Origin: a bacterium
GTDB taxonomy: Bacteria; ARS69
Direction: 5' to 3'
Assembly (NCBI GenBank): GCA_046330135.1
Contig: JAXLTI010000003.1
Location: 387,913-451,912, forward strand
DNA length: 64,000 nucleotides
In this document: positions 1-7,485 of the stretch, piece by piece
Layout of the letters: each line of letters starts with the position of its first letter
Numbering within the stretch: the stretch's first letter is position 1
Program-made: the position numbers and the translations under genes
The notes under the pieces: generated by a model
Database searches by the model: none
Seen by the model: the letters and a program-made list of their open reading frames with translations, nothing else
What the model was told of the DNA's origin: nothing

Positions 1-911
1 TCGCCGACGAGGTCTTCGAGCTCGTCGTCGGAGGTCTCGGGCGCCACGAACTTCACCAGCTCCACTTTGTTGAACTGATGCACGCGATTGAGTCCGCGTA
101 CGTCGCGGCCGTGCGAGCCCGCCTCGCGGCGGAAGTTGGGCGTGTACGCCGCGTAGCGGATCGGCAACGCCTCGCGCGCGAGGATCTCGTCGCGATGCAG
201 ATTGGTCACCGGCACTTCCGCGGTGGGGACGAGATACAGGTCGTCACGGGTGACGACGTACATCTGGTCCTCCTTGTCCGGGAGCTGACCCGTGCCGGTG
301 GCGCTGTCCGCGTTCACGACGATCGGCGGGAAGATCTCCCGGTACTTGCCGTTCGCGGTGTGCCGGTCCAGGAAGAAGCTCACGAGCGAGCGCTCGAGGC
401 GCGCGCCGAAGCCCTTGTAGACCGGGAAGCCCGAGCCCGCCACCTTCACGCCTCGCTCGAAGTCCAGGATGTCGAGCGCCTCGCCCAGCTCCCAATGCGG
501 CCTCGGCTTGAAGGGGAAGGACGGCGCCGTGCCGCGCTCCCGCACGACGACGTTGTCGGCGGGCGTCTTCCCGAGCGGCACGGAGGCATCCGGCAGGTTC
601 GGGACCTGGAGCAGGGCGGCGTGCAGCCGCGCCTCCACGTCCTTGACCTCTCCCTCCAGCCGCTGGATGCGCTCGCCCACGGCGCGCACGTCGGCGGAGA
701 GCGCCGCGACGTCCTCCCCCGCCTTCTTTCGCGCGCCGATCTCCTTCGAGCGGACGTTGCGCTCTCGCTGGAGCTCCTCCGTTTCGCGGAGCAGCCGGCG
801 TCGCGACTCGTCCAGGGCGAGGATCGCGTCCAGGTCGACGGGGATCCCCTTCGCCTCGCAACCGGCGCGGACGCGCTCGGTCTCTTCACGGATGAGTCGG
901 ATGTCCAGCAC
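1..911 (-). CDS. serS: Seryl-tRNA synthetase, first ~303 codons (3' end lies beyond the window start)
   Basis: The minus-strand frame is open from GTG at 911 to the window edge. The translation starts MLDIRLIREETERVRAGCEAKG... (coiled-coil arm). It continues into the class-II core ...FLDRHTANGKYREIFPPIVVNADSATGTGQLPDKEDQMY...PTAEVPVTNLHRDEIL...YTPNFRREAGSHGRDVRGLNRVHQFNKVELV. It is missing from the ORF track only because it has no in-window stop. Confidence 0.9.
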   Translation of the reverse strand, partial: MLDIRLIREETERVRAGCEAKGIPVDLDAILALDESRRRLLRETEELQRERNVRSKEIGARKKAGEDVAALSADVRAVGERIQRLEGEVKDVEARLHAALLQVPNLPDASVPLGKTPADNVVVRERGTAPSFPFKPRPHWELGEALDILDFERGVKVAGSGFPVYKGFGARLERSLVSFFLDRHTANGKYREIFPPIVVNADSATGTGQLPDKEDQMYVVTRDDLYLVPTAEVPVTNLHRDEILAREALPIRYAAYTPNFRREAGSHGRDVRGLNRVHQFNKVELVKFVAPETSDDELEDLVG

Positions 912-1111
912 GGTTTCCGGTCCTCGGTGACGGGAGGGACGGAGAGTAACCCGGACCGCCCCCCCGGACAACGACACGGGACTCGCCGAGCGAACACCCG
1001 GCCGCGGGCCGGGGCCGGGGCGCCCGACCGCAGAGCGGGCCCCGACCCGAAGGCCGGGGCCCGCGTTCGCCGCCCGCGTGCGATCTCTCGCCGCGGGAAC
1101 GGTGCGTCGAG

Positions 1112-2335
1112 CTAGAACGAGCCCGAGGCCTGGAGGTAGCCCCAGGTCGCGCTCTGATCGGAGATCGTGGCTTGGATGAGATCGCCCTGGAGGAAGTAGC
1201 CCCCGCCCGCTTCCAGGACGATGCCGTCGGAGAGGCGGCTCCGGAGGATCACGTCCACCTCCTGGCCGAGGTCGTGGCCGTCGAAGCCGGAGCCGAGCGG
1301 CGTGGCGATGTCGGCACGGAAGACGCTGCCGACGCCGGTGAGGGTGACGCGGTCCCCGAGCTCGGTCCACGCCTTCGCGTGGTAGTCACGCAGGCCCACG
1401 CCGAGTCGGTTCGCGAACGAGTCGGCGATGTCCATGATCCCGAAGTAGCCGTGATCGTCGGCGTACAGCGGATCGTAGGCGCTGTCGTCGGGGTCCGCGG
1501 GGTCGTCTCCCGTGTACTTCGTGAACCCGACCGAGAGACCCTGGCCATGGTCCCGCTGCTTGGAGCAGTCCAGCGCGACGTCGGCGGCGACGAGGTACGC
1601 GTTCACGTCGTGGCCTTCGACCGTCCCCTTCTCGATCACGACGTCGCCCTGCACGGAGAAGCGGTCCTGGCTCCAGTCGCCGTATCCGCCGAACGCCGTC
1701 TCGAACAGGTTGGGGCCGCCGTTCTCCCGGTAGAGCACGAACGGCTCCACCTCGACGCTGGGATCCCGGAACTCGTGATGGAAGAACGTCGCGGCGGTGT
1801 TCTCGTCGATGCCGGTGTCGAGAAAGCCGGAGGTCTTGGACACCTTGCCGGCGAGGAAATCCCACCACCCGTCCGCGACGTCGGCGCGGAGGCGCACCGC
1901 GTCGAACGCCTGCCCGACGTTGTCGAAGTCGGCGTCCCCGAGGACGAATTCGCGACCGTAACGCAGCTCCTGACGACCGGCCTGAACCGTCACGGCGCTG
2001 CCGGGACGGAAGCGCAAGAAGCCCTGGTGGAGGTCGACGTTGTGGGTGTCGCCCAGCGGGCTGCCCTCGTCGCCCCAGATGCGGGAGTCTTGGACCTCGA
2101 TCACGCCTTCGGCGCCGTCGCCGTGCTTCGCGTCCAGGCGGACGCTCGTTCTCTGGAAGATGGTGTACTGGAAGGACCGGTCGTCCAGGAAAGTCCGGTC
2201 GCTCGCTTCGCCGCGCGTCCTCACCTGCGCCGAGACGTCGAACTGACTGTCGGCCGCAGCGCGCCCCAACGGCAGAAGCGGCAGCGCGGCCATCACCGTG
2301 AGCGCGACTCGCATCAAGCCTCGAGACATCTTCAC
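1112..2335 (-). CDS. Outer-membrane beta-barrel protein, alginate-export (AlgE-like) family candidate
   Basis: 407 aa with signal peptide MKMSRGLMRVALTVMAALPLLPLGRAAA. It shows alternating beta-strand patterning and is rich in Asp, Gly and aromatic residues. The C-terminus ...WGYLQASGSF ends in Phe, as in OMPs. The family call rests on the motif QELRYGREFVLGDADFDNVGQAFDAVRL. Confidence 0.6.
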   Translation of the reverse strand: MKMSRGLMRVALTVMAALPLLPLGRAAADSQFDVSAQVRTRGEASDRTFLDDRSFQYTIFQRTSVRLDAKHGDGAEGVIEVQDSRIWGDEGSPLGDTHNVDLHQGFLRFRPGSAVTVQAGRQELRYGREFVLGDADFDNVGQAFDAVRLRADVADGWWDFLAGKVSKTSGFLDTGIDENTAATFFHHEFRDPSVEVEPFVLYRENGGPNLFETAFGGYGDWSQDRFSVQGDVVIEKGTVEGHDVNAYLVAADVALDCSKQRDHGQGLSVGFTKYTGDDPADPDDSAYDPLYADDHGYFGIMDIADSFANRLGVGLRDYHAKAWTELGDRVTLTGVGSVFRADIATPLGSGFDGHDLGQEVDVILRSRLSDGIVLEAGGGYFLQGDLIQATISDQSATWGYLQASGSF

Positions 2336-2502
2336 CCTCCTTGCCTTGCACGAGCCTCCGATCGGAGCCGGACCGCCCGCCCGACCGGTTCAAGACGCCA
2401 CGGGGTTATCATGTTCTTCCGGAGTCGGCGAGCCAGAATTCCTGGTGCTGCACTCCGGATTCCCGGGAGACAGAGCCGGACCGGCTCGGACCGAGGGACG
2501 CG

Positions 2503-3543
2503 ATGCCGGAGCTGCCCGAGCTGGAGGTCGCTCGCGAGCGACTGGGCGAGGCGCTGGGCGGCCGCCGGATCGTGCGGGCGGCGGCGCTGGACCCTTTCCT
2601 GCTGCGCACCGTCGAGCCGCCGCTGTCGGCGGTCGTGGGCGCGCGGGTCACCGGCGCACGGCGGCGCGGAAAGCACCTCCTCCTCGACGTCGAGCGCGGG
2701 CTCTCGCTCGCCTTCCATCTCATGCGCGCCGGGCGGCTGCGCCTGAAGGACGCCCGGAAGTTCAAGCCGCACCGCAAGCGAACCCTCTTCGTCCTCGAGG
2801 TCGAAGGGGCGCTGCTGCTCGAGATGACCGAGGCCGGGACGGAGCGTCGAGCCACCCTCCGCGTGCTCCGCGCGGACGCGCTCCCGCCGGACCTGGACCG
2901 GGGAATCGAGCCGATGGGGGGCGAGCTGACGGTGGGCGCCCTGGGCGCGGCGCTGCGCGCCGAGAATCGACGCGTCAAGAACGCGCTCCGCTCGCCGGAC
3001 GTCGTCGCCGGAGTCGGGAACGCGTACTCGGACGAGATCCTGCACGCGGCGCGCCTCTCTCCCATGAGGGAGACCCGTCGCATGACGGACGAGGAGATGG
3101 CGCGGCTCGCCGGGGCGATCGTCGCGACGCTCGGGACGTGGATCGAGCGCGTGCGGGCCGCGTGCCCGCCGGGCACGCTTCCCGAGAAGCAGGATCTCTG
3201 GCGCAAGGACTTCCGCGTGCACGGCAAGGCCGGCCAGACCTGCCCGGTCTGCGGGGCGACGATCGAGCGGATTTCCTACGTGGACGCGGAGACCGACTAC
3301 TGCCCGACGTGCCAGACGGGCGGCCGCCTGCTCGCGGATCGTCGGCTGTCCCGGCTCGGCATTCGGCGGAGCGCGGGCTCCAGGACGCTTGCGGGCGACG
3401 GAGTTCCCTGCGAATCTTCCCCCCTCGATGCTGCGGGCTCTCCCCCGAAGGAGGATCGATGGGCGACCCCGAGACGACCGAAGCCACGAAAGCCGCGGGC
3501 GCGACCGAAGGGGCCGGACTCCTCGAGGGACGCCGGGGGCTGA
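2503..3543 (+). CDS. mutM: Formamidopyrimidine-DNA glycosylase (Fpg/MutM family)
   Basis: Starts with the canonical MPELPELEVARERL. Contains an H2TH region (RSPDVVAGVGNAYSDEILHAARLSP) and the zinc finger CPVCGATIERISYVDAETDYCPTCQ. The frame stays open for about 70 more codons and overlaps the fabI start. Confidence 0.85.
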   Translation: MPELPELEVARERLGEALGGRRIVRAAALDPFLLRTVEPPLSAVVGARVTGARRRGKHLLLDVERGLSLAFHLMRAGRLRLKDARKFKPHRKRTLFVLEVEGALLLEMTEAGTERRATLRVLRADALPPDLDRGIEPMGGELTVGALGAALRAENRRVKNALRSPDVVAGVGNAYSDEILHAARLSPMRETRRMTDEEMARLAGAIVATLGTWIERVRAACPPGTLPEKQDLWRKDFRVHGKAGQTCPVCGATIERISYVDAETDYCPTCQTGGRLLADRRLSRLGIRRSAGSRTLAGDGVPCESSPLDAAGSPPKEDRWATPRRPKPRKPRARPKGPDSSRDAGG

Positions 3544-4280
3544 TCGTCGGCGTCGCCAACGAGCGCTCCATCGCTTGGGGAATCGCCCGGCGCGCCCGTG
3601 CCGCGGGCGCCGAGCTGGGCTTCACCTACCAGGGCGAGGCGCTGCTCAAGCGCGTCACCCCGCTCGCCGCGGAAGTCGGCTCGGATCTCGTCGTCCCGAT
3701 GGACGCCACCGACGACGCGCAGATCGACGGGGCGCTCGCTACGGTCGCGAGCCGCTTCACCCGGCTCGACTTCCTCGTGCACTCGATCGCCTTCGCCGAG
3801 CGGCAGGACCTCTCGGGGCGCACGATCGACACCTCCCGCGCCGGATTCCTCAAAGCGCTCGAGATCAGCGCGTACTCGCTCCTCGCCCTCGCACGTCGCG
3901 TGGAGCCGCTCATGACCGAGGGCGGCTCGATCCTCACGCTGACCTACTACGGCTCCGTGAAGGCCGTGCCCAACTACAACGTGATGGGCATCGCGAAGGC
4001 GGCGCTGGAAGCGGCGGTGCGCTACCTCGCCGTGGATCTCGGTCCGAAGGCGATCCGCGTGAACGCGATCTCCGCCGGACCGATCAAGACGCTGGCCGCC
4101 TCCGGCGTCTCCGGCCTGCGCGACATGCTGGGCTCCGCCGCCGAGCGCGCCCCACTCAAGCGCAACGTCGACATCGACGACGTCGGCGCCGCCGGGCTGT
4201 ACTTCCTCTCGTCCCTCTCGAAGGGCGTCACCGGCGAGATCCACTACGTCGACGCGGGCTTCAGCGTCACGGCGATGTGA
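3459..4280 (+). CDS. fabI: Enoyl-[acyl-carrier-protein] reductase (NADH), FabI
   Basis: RBS gaaggagga lies upstream of ATG 3459. Motifs: GLIVGVANERSIAWGIA (Rossmann), YYGSVKAVPNYNVMGIAKAALEA (Tyr/Lys catalytic pair) and ISAGPIKTLAASG. Confidence 0.9.
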   Translation: MGDPETTEATKAAGATEGAGLLEGRRGLIVGVANERSIAWGIARRARAAGAELGFTYQGEALLKRVTPLAAEVGSDLVVPMDATDDAQIDGALATVASRFTRLDFLVHSIAFAERQDLSGRTIDTSRAGFLKALEISAYSLLALARRVEPLMTEGGSILTLTYYGSVKAVPNYNVMGIAKAALEAAVRYLAVDLGPKAIRVNAISAGPIKTLAASGVSGLRDMLGSAAERAPLKRNVDIDDVGAAGLYFLSSLSKGVTGEIHYVDAGFSVTAM

Positions 4281-4310
4281 GCCACCCGCGTCCTCGGCTC
4301 GGCGACTTCT

Positions 4311-4426
4311 ATCGCACGTGATGCCCGCGTCGTCGGCTCGTCGGCCGTTGCTTCCGCATCGGACGGTCGCCTCCGCCGTCCGGGCTCCGGCGCCCTCCCG
4401 CTCCGTCGCCTCCGCCATCCCTGGCT
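4311..4426. repeat. Distal part of palindromic intergenic repeat copy 1, cut off from its other half by the IS insertion
   Basis: The reverse complement aligns by eye with 44386-44497: agccagggatggcggaggcgacggagcgggagggcgcc...gaccgtccgatgcg.aagca...catca/cgtgcgat. Confidence 0.7.
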
Positions 4427-4681
4427 ACGTATCTGGACTCCTCCCACAAGGGGCTTTCATCGAGGCGGGGTGGGGCGGACCGGGATCGTGACTGCAGTCG
4501 TATCTCCGGCCTGTGGTGGGTGCTTGGGAACCCCTGGCCAAGATGGAGAGTCGCGCGCGGGGAGCCAATCGGCGGTTCACGACCCCAAGGGGTCAAGTAG
4601 CCAGACGGCTTTCCCCCGCGCCGGTCAGAGCCGGTTCGCCATCATCCCGTGTCTCGACGCAAGCCATTCGAGCGGGGGGAT
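4427..4681 (-). ncRNA. Candidate IS110-family bridge RNA in the 3' non-coding end of the IS (hypothesis)
   Basis: This 255-bp non-coding stretch has lower GC than its surroundings. It contains CCCTGGC (4533-4539, identical to left-flank 4419-4425) and GAGTCGC (4548-4554, the reverse complement of right-flank 5799-5805) within 26 nt. It also has a second copy of the terminal CGTATCT (4499-4505 versus 4428-4434). Confidence 0.3.
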
Positions 4682-5712
4682 CTACGATGCGGTGATCTCC
4701 TTGCGGTAAGTGGTCTCGTGGGTGCAGACGGCCCAGATCATCCGAGCCATCTTGTTGGCCAGTGCCACGGCAGCCTTGTTGGTTCCACGCCGCCGTTGGA
4801 CCTCCAGGGCCCAGCGAAGCACGCGGTCGGGGTCCTTCTTCGAGCGAGCTCTCCAGAGCATCGACTGCGCTCCCTGGATGAGGAGCATGCGCAGGTAGGG
4901 ATCACCGCGCCGGCTGATCGCTCCGAGTCGGCGGAACTTGCCGGTGGAGTCCTCCTTGGGAGTGATGCCGAGGTAGCTGGAGAAGCGACGAGCGGATGAG
5001 AAGCGCCGGAGATCGCCGACGAAGGCGGCGATGGCGGTGGAGATCATCGGACCGACTCCGGGGATGGAGCGCGAGCGTTCCACGTCGGGGTGGGTCTTCT
5101 CGACCGACACGAGATCCGCTCCGCGAGGTGGATGCGTCGCTCGATCTCCTCGAGCTCGTCGAGGGTCTGGGCGAGGAGCGGGCGGAGCAGCTCGGGGATC
5201 GGGGTCTGGGCGTCCTCCAAGACGAGACGCACGTGAGGCGCGACCTTGCGAGCGCCCAGAGGGATGAGGATGCCGAATTCTCGCAGGCAGCCGCGCAGGG
5301 CATTGAGGCGCGCGGTGCGCGTGGTGATCCATGCGGAGCGGAGCCGATGGATGGCGGCGAGGGCCTGCTGATCGGGGGACTTGATCGGGACGGGAAGGAT
5401 CTCCTCGTTGCGGAAGGCTTCCAGGATGCCCTTGGCGTCGGCGCGATCGGTCTTGTTGCGGGTGACGTAGGGACGCACCGCGTGAGGGGGCAGGAGCTGG
5501 ACCTCGTGTCCCAACGCCCGGATCTCACGCGCCCAGTAGTGGGCGGAACCGCAAGCTTCCATGAGGACCTTCGCGGGCTCTCGCTCGCGGAAGAACGAGA
5601 GCACGCGCTTGCGGGAGAGCCGATGACGCTCGTGGACGTGGCCGGGGTGGTTGGAGACGGCGACCTCGATGGTGGTGCTGGCGAGATCCAGGGCGATGGT
5701 CGTAGACTTCAT
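4682..5712 (-). pseudogene. IS110-family DEDD recombinase/transposase, disrupted by a single frameshift (or an assembly indel)
   Basis: The N-terminal frame (5044-5712) reads MKSTTIALDLASTTIEVAV...EACGSAHYWAREIRALGHEV...ELEEIERRIHLAE. The C-terminal frame (4682-~5120) reads ...LVSVEKTHPDVERSRSIPGVGPMISTAIAAFVGDLRRFSSARRFSSYLGITPKEDSTGKFRRLGAISRRGDPYLRMLL... The frames switch by one nt around 5105-5125. RBS GGAGGAG lies upstream of ATG 5712. Confidence 0.85.
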
Positions 5713-5798
5713 GGCGGACTCCTCCTTCCAGTCGACTACGGACTAGGCGACTCTGGCACTTGATGCCGCGCGAGTCGCGGGAGGAGTCCATTCCATCA

Positions 5799-6265
5799 GC
5801 GACTCCGCGAAGCCGCTGCGAAAGCACGCCACCGAGCCGCCGACGCATGCCTCGCCTCGCGCGGCCTGCGCCGACGCGCCGGGTGATCACGCGACGTCGG
5901 CCGCGATCACCGGCCGCAGCGCGTCGCCGACCGGACGTCCCGCGAGGACGCCGTGGTCGCCGAGCCGGCTCGCGACGGTCGGAGCGACGCGGCGCGGGCC
6001 GGTCTCTGCCGCCGCGACCCGGTACCCGTCTCGCCTCGGGGCCGGGCTCTTCGACGCGGCTTCGCGGAGGCGGCGCAGCCAGGATGGCGGAGCCGCCGAG
6101 CGGGAGGGCGCCGGAGCCGGGACGGCGGAGGCTGACCCGTCCGAGGCGAAGAGGCCGGCCCCGAGGCGAGACGAGCGAACCCTGACACGGCTCTGAGCCG
6201 ACGAGGCGAGCCCGAGGCGAGACGAGCGAACCCCGACACGGCTCCGGGGCCACGAGGCGAGCCCG
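5799..6265. repeat. Palindromic intergenic repeat copy 1 (main part), plus a local ~49-bp tandem duplication at about 6150-6260
   Basis: 5799-6203 aligns by eye, at roughly nine positions in ten, with the reverse complement of 43977-44385. It contains long hairpin arms (cgtctcgcctcggggccgggctcttcg / cgaagaggccggccccgaggcgagacg) and the hairpin ggtgatcacgcg...cgcgatcacc. All ORFs across it are Arg-rich nonsense. Confidence 0.75.
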
Positions 6266-6277
6266 GGCGGACGGCCG

Positions 6278-6727
6278 CTAGAGGTCGCCGTCGAAGAAGC
6301 GGCGGAGTTGGCGCGCGTGGCGGCCGGGGTGACACGTGGCGTGCTCGAGCATCTGCTCGCCGTCGTAGTCCTGGCCCCAGCGGCTCTTGAAGCGGCGCGC
6401 GAGCGCGGCGTCGTCGACGTTCGCGAGGACCTCGCGGGCGTACCGGCCGACGTCCAGCAGGGCCGCGACCCAGGACTCGGGGTCGTCCAGCAGCACCGGC
6501 GACGAGAAACGCCGCGCCGCTTCGACGCCGCCGACCGCCGGCGCCATCTGCGTGATGTGACCGTACCCCGCCTCCACGACGTGGCGGAGGATCGCGCGAA
6601 CGCTCCCCTCTTCGCCGGGAACGGCCACGTCGTACATCTCGCGCGGGATCTCGCGGGAGAAGTCCGCGAACTCGACGAACGCCCGGTCCAGCTCGTCGAT
6701 GAGGGCTCGCCGCTCTGCGTCTGCCAT
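6278..6727 (-). CDS. DinB-like (DinB_2) four-helix-bundle metalloprotein
   Basis: Start taken at MADAERRALIDELD (ATG 6727). His-containing helices (ILRHVVEAGYGH..., EQMLEHATCHPGRHARQL) are typical of the DinB/YfiT-like family. Confidence 0.6.
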   Translation of the reverse strand: MADAERRALIDELDRAFVEFADFSREIPREMYDVAVPGEEGSVRAILRHVVEAGYGHITQMAPAVGGVEAARRFSSPVLLDDPESWVAALLDVGRYAREVLANVDDAALARRFKSRWGQDYDGEQMLEHATCHPGRHARQLRRFFDGDL

Positions 6728-6789
6728 GGCAAACTCCCGTCCGTCGCGGGTTCTTCCCCGCCGCGACCTTCGCTTCGCGAGAATATCCG

Positions 6790-7485
6790 ATGCGTCCACC
6801 CACGTCTGCCCTCGCCGATCGCATCGTCGCGTGCCGCCGCTGCCCGCGATTGATCGCGCATTGCCGCCAGGTGGCGCGCGTGAAGCGTCGGGCCTACCGC
6901 GACGAGACGTACTGGGGAGAGCCCGTGCCGCCCTTCGGCCCGAAGAGCCCGCGGCTTCTCGTGGTGGGGCTCGCGCCCGGCGCCCACGGCGCGAACCGCA
7001 CCGGCCGGCTGTTCACGGGCGATTCGAGCGGAGACTGGCTCTACCGGGCTCTCTTCGCGCACGGCTTCGCGAACCGCGCGGAGTCCGTACGGGCGAACGA
7101 CGGGCTCCGTCTCCAGGACACCGTCGTGACGTGTGCGGTGCGTTGCGCGCCGCCGGCGAACCGGCCGAGCGCCGCCGAGGCCGACGCTTGCCGGCCCTTC
7201 CTCGTGGAGGAGCTGGCGGGGTATCGTGCGCTGCGGGTCGTCGTGGCGCTCGGCCGCTTCGCGTTCGACGCGGTGGTGCGCGCGCTCCCTTTGTCGGGGC
7301 GTGGGACCTGGCCCGGACGACCGGTGTTCGGACACGGAACAGTGACGCTCACGGAGGACGCAAAGATCGCACTCATCGCGAGCTACCATCCCAGCCGACA
7401 GAACACGCAAACGGGGCGGCTCACGAGGCCGATGTTCGATCGGCCCTTCGCCCGCGCGAAGGAGCTCCTGGAGGAACCGCGTTGA
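6790..7485 (+). CDS. Uracil-DNA glycosylase superfamily protein, family 4/5 (UdgB-like), Fe-S type
   Basis: Motifs: CRRCPRLIAHC (Fe-S cysteines), GLAPGAHGANRTGRLFTGDSSG (motif A) and ASYHPSRQNTQTG (motif B). Confidence 0.8.
   Translation: MRPPTSALADRIVACRRCPRLIAHCRQVARVKRRAYRDETYWGEPVPPFGPKSPRLLVVGLAPGAHGANRTGRLFTGDSSGDWLYRALFAHGFANRAESVRANDGLRLQDTVVTCAVRCAPPANRPSAAEADACRPFLVEELAGYRALRVVVALGRFAFDAVVRALPLSGRGTWPGRPVFGHGTVTLTEDAKIALIASYHPSRQNTQTGRLTRPMFDRPFARAKELLEEPR

Larger units (their letters stand above)
4427..5798 (-). mobile_element. IS110-family insertion sequence, IS1111-like organisation (about 1.37 kb; ends uncertain by +/-3 bp)
   Basis: It interrupts a repeat that is intact at 44368-44400 (gcttcgcggagtcgc-cgg-agccagggatggcgg). 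The flanks here read ...ccatccctggct|ACGTATCTGG...TTCCATCA|gcgactccgcgaagc. Perfect 11-bp subterminal inverted repeats GGACTCCTCCC (4435-4445) and GGGAGGAGTCC (5779-5789) sit 8-9 nt from the ends. The long (255 bp) non-coding end is 3' of the recombinase. Confidence 0.8.

Noticed and set aside
78-2746. Long plus-strand ORFs (78-1115, 345 aa; 1172-2746, 524 aa), and other-frame minus-strand ORFs (244-861, 446-997, 1386-2393) overlapping serS and the OMP gene.
   Set aside because: They are antisense to, or out of frame with, genes that have clear family signatures. Their translations are Arg/Ala/Gly/Pro-rich with no motifs. These are typical high-GC shadow ORFs.
2298-3458. The upstream 387 codons of the track ORF 2298-4280, which ends in fabI.
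   Set aside because: They are Arg/Ala/Gly/Pro-rich, overlap mutM in another frame, and precede a clear RBS and ATG for fabI at 3459.
5105-5125. The recombinase frame switch as programmed ribosomal frameshifting.
   Set aside because: There is no slippery heptamer at the junction (ctcgcggagcggatctcgtgtcgg). IS110-family recombinases are not known to use frameshifting, so a mutation or assembly indel is the simpler reading.
5760-6253. ORFs through the repeat regions that give recurring peptides (e.g. RRSGRAPEPGRRRLTRP at 4244-4447, 5760-6185, 43992-44465 and 44355-44627), considered as a possible repeated coding domain.
   Set aside because: The same DNA module is read in both orientations and in several frames. 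The sequence is dominated by hairpin symmetry, has no start or RBS context and has an extreme Arg content. It is non-coding repeat DNA.
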